From Macrostomum lignano (Eukaryota), in contig NIVC01001608.1 in NCBI GenBank assembly GCA_002269645.1, forward strand, positions 124,001 to 188,000: a stretch of 64,000 nucleotides of DNA. The letters run 5' to 3'. A program made the translations under genes and the position numbers. The notes below the pieces were generated by a model. It had not been told where the DNA came from. It made no database searches and saw only the letters and a program-made list of their open reading frames with translations. Positions within the stretch are counted from its first letter, which is position 1. Each line of letters opens with the position of its first letter. Of this stretch, positions 61,286 through 64,000 are shown piece after piece.

Positions 61286-64000
61286 GGCTCCGTAGTGACA
61301 GACCCACTCCTCGAGCATTGCCCTTGCACAGGTGCTGGCCGTCTGATCTGGCACCGGTACTGCCACTGGCCACTTACTGAACGCGTCCTGCATCGTCAGT
61401 ATGTATTTGTTGCCTCGGACGCTGGTTGGCAGTGGTCCAATCAAATCCACCATCACTCTTTCAAACACATGGCTGCTGGGAATCGGCTCCAATGGGGCCT
61501 TCCGCCGCATCCCGGGCTTGCTCCGGTTACAGTCGTCACACCTTCGCACAAACTCCTCGACCTCTCGCTTCAAGCCGGGTCTCCAGAATCGGTTCCTGAC
61601 TTTCTCCAGAGTCTTTGCTACGCCGAAGTGTCCACCTCCTGGTCCAGAGTGCAGCGTCTGCAGAGCGTCGGGGATCAATTTCTTCGGGAGAACAGCCCGC
61701 GGTGGGTGACGTCCCAGATCCTTGATGACGAGGGTGTTGTCCACAATTTCCAGCCGAGGCTTTTGTGCCCAGATGGCTCGGGTCGTTGGTGACGCACCCC
61801 GAGGTGGCTCTTCGTTTGCTCGGCCGGCGTGCATCGACTGGTAAACTGGAGCGATGTCGTTGTCCACAGCTTGTGCTGCTGCCAGCTCATCTCGGCTGAG
61901 CAACCCGAGCAGCGTCGTTACCCTGACCCCGGGGAGGTCATCAGTCCGGCACGACGGGCAGTTATCCATTTCGGGATGTCGTCGCGGCGGCTTGCGTGAC
62001 AGCGCGTCCGCATTCTGATGACGCGCCCCTGGCCGATGCTCCACTGCGAAGTCGAATGGCGCCAACCTCTCCATCCACCGAGCCAACTGGCCTTCCGGCT
62101 GCCTCATACTTCGGAGCCACTGCAGACTTGCGTGGTCGGTGCGCACCCGGAACCTCCGGCCAAGTAGATAGTACCGGAACCTCTCTGCGAATGTCACCAG
62201 CGCCAGGAGCTCGATTCGTGTCGTGCAATAGTTGAATTCGGCCCCTTGCAGACGCCGACTCCCGTACGCAATAACCCGCTCTGACCCGTCTTCTTGTACC
62301 TGCGACAAGACTGCTCCGAGACCCTGTCGGGTACTTCCATCGGTATCCAAGATGAACTCACCAGCCGTGGGGTCGAAGTTCGGGTAGGCCATCACGCGGC
62401 AACCGGTCAATTCTTCTTTCAGCTTTTTGAAGGCCTCATCGTGTTCCTCTCTCCAACTGAACGGCTTGTCTTTCTTTGTCAGATCAAAAAGTGGTGCAGC
62501 GACTATCGAGAATTCTGGTATGAAGTTTCGGTAGTAACCAGCCAGACCCAGGAACGACTGAAGGTCTTTTGCATTTCTTGGAATGCTCCAGTCACGGACT
62601 TCCTTGATCTTCTCCGGGTCGACATCGATTCCGTCCTTTGACACGACGTGGCCAAGGAATTTGACCTCATCGGCCAGGAATCTGCACTTAGATGGCTTTA
62701 GCCTCAAGTTGGCTGCGCGCAGGCGCTGGAATACCGCCTCGAGATTCGTTAGATGCTCGCTGACAGTTCGGGACCAAATGATGATATCGTCGATGTAGAC
62801 GAGCGCCATTTTCCACAGAAGGTCGTGTAGTACCATATTCATCAACCTTGTGAATGTCGCCGGCGCATTGGTCAATCCGAAGGGCAGCACCTTGAACGCG
62901 AATTGCCCCCGATGCGGAATGACAAAAGCAGTCTTTTCTTGATCCTCCCTTTTGACCTTAACTTGCCAATAGCCGGAGCAAAGGTCGAGCGTCGAAAATA
63001 CAGCCGCACCTCCGAGCGCTTCAAGTGCGTCATCGACACGCGGGATTGCTATGGCGTCCTTGACAGTTCGTTGATTCAACTCTCTGTAGTCGACACACAG
63101 TCGCAGTTCCCCATTCTTCTTACGGACACAGACCACTGGCGAACTCCACGGCGATTGGGTCGGTTCAATCATCTTCGTTGCCAAAAGCTCGTCGATTTGT
63201 CGGTCGACTTCGCCGCGCCAATGTGGCGGTAGCCGTCGCGGAGGCTGTTTTACGGCTGTTCCGGTGGTCTCAATTTCATGCTGCACGATGTCCGTCGTCC
63301 CGAGGCGCGCTGTACTCTCTGCGAAAACATCTGCGTATCGATTCACCAATCTTAGGAAACTCGCTTTGTCTGCCCCCGTGAGCTGCTTGGAGCCGTGCTG
63401 GTTCAGTGCCGCCTCTGGGTCCCATGGATCGCAGCTGGGTCGTAAAACCGACGCTTGCTCTTCGATGCTGGCTACCAGAACCTCTTGAGCCGGATCTGAT
63501 GGTCGAAACCAGCCGATGACAGCTCCCTTCCGCAGCCGCAGCTCGGAGTCCGTGACATTCGCGAAGTGAACTGGTAGGGTGTTGCCCTGCTGGATGAGGC
63601 AGACGCTCCTGGCTAGCATTGGTCTCTCATCGCTCTTCAGTTTTTCGTCTGGCTCGGCGACGCCGAGCACTCCGGAATTCTGTGTCGCTGTTCTCCGAAT
63701 CCTGGCTGAGACGGTCCGTTCGTGATTGGCCGGAATGATCAAGTTTTCGTTCAGGTACAACCGGCAGACGACTGGTTTGTGCTTGGTCTCTCGGATTGGC
63801 ACACGTGAACCGTTCACGCGGAAAACTCCTCCGGCGAAATCGATTTGGCACCGGTGGCGGCGTAAGAAGTCGGTGCCTAGCAACAGTTCGTAGCCGACCC
63901 CTTGGACCACCGCAATTGGCGTCTGTAAAGTTTCTGATCCGAACTGTAGGGGAAGCGACGCGCATCCTAACACATTCATGGGAGTTCCGTTCGCTGAGAT
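61286..64000 (-). CDS. Gypsy pol: protease C-terminus, RT, RNase H, integrase Zn finger and first catalytic D
   Basis: LLLGTDFL, SPWSSPVV, LRLCVDYRELN, STLDLCSGYWQ, LPFGLTNAPATF, VYIDDII, FLGHVV, FLGLAGYYR, ILDTDGS, TDHASL, NADALSR, H..GGHFG..C..C, VMVDLIGPLP. Frame is open to the window edge. Confidence 0.96.

Larger units (their letters stand above)
58063..64000 (-). mobile_element. Ty3/Gypsy LTR retrotransposon (3' part; gag and 5' LTR lie beyond the window)
   Basis: PR-RT-RNaseH-IN order, accessory ORF, polypurine tract AGGGGGGAGGG (59038-59028), then an LTR starting TGTTGT. Confidence 0.95.

Overview
Eukaryotic genomic DNA with GC-rich exons, AT-rich intergenic DNA and a different tandem minisatellite in almost every intron. 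Most long entries in the ORF track are satellite artefacts. It is most likely a Macrostomum flatworm, inferred mainly from a flatworm spliced-leader-like sequence at 58551-58594. Host genes were reconstructed by hand from GT-AG junctions and frame continuity. They are: a partial WSC-like exon (+), an intronless class A GPCR (-), an 84-aa NCBP2-AS2-like microprotein (-), C1GALT1 (-), two tandem ECI1-like paralogs (-; one lacks the catalytic Glu), ARL6IP1 (-), a CAAX-type complexin (-), an unrecognised 82-aa secreted prepropeptide (-) and exon 1 of a neuropeptide-type GPCR (+). Mobile DNA includes nested non-autonomous DNA transposons (22-28 kb), a decayed Penelope-like RT, and the 3' part of a Ty3/Gypsy LTR retrotransposon (58063 to the window end, -). 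The most striking feature is that Gypsy element. It carries an intronless HPD J-domain (Hsp40-type) ORF between integrase and the polypurine tract. Its LTR also contains a near-complete copy of the host spliced-leader exon about 27 nt downstream of a TATA-like box. A second recurring theme is tandem arrays built from duplicated splice junctions or stop codons of the host genes.
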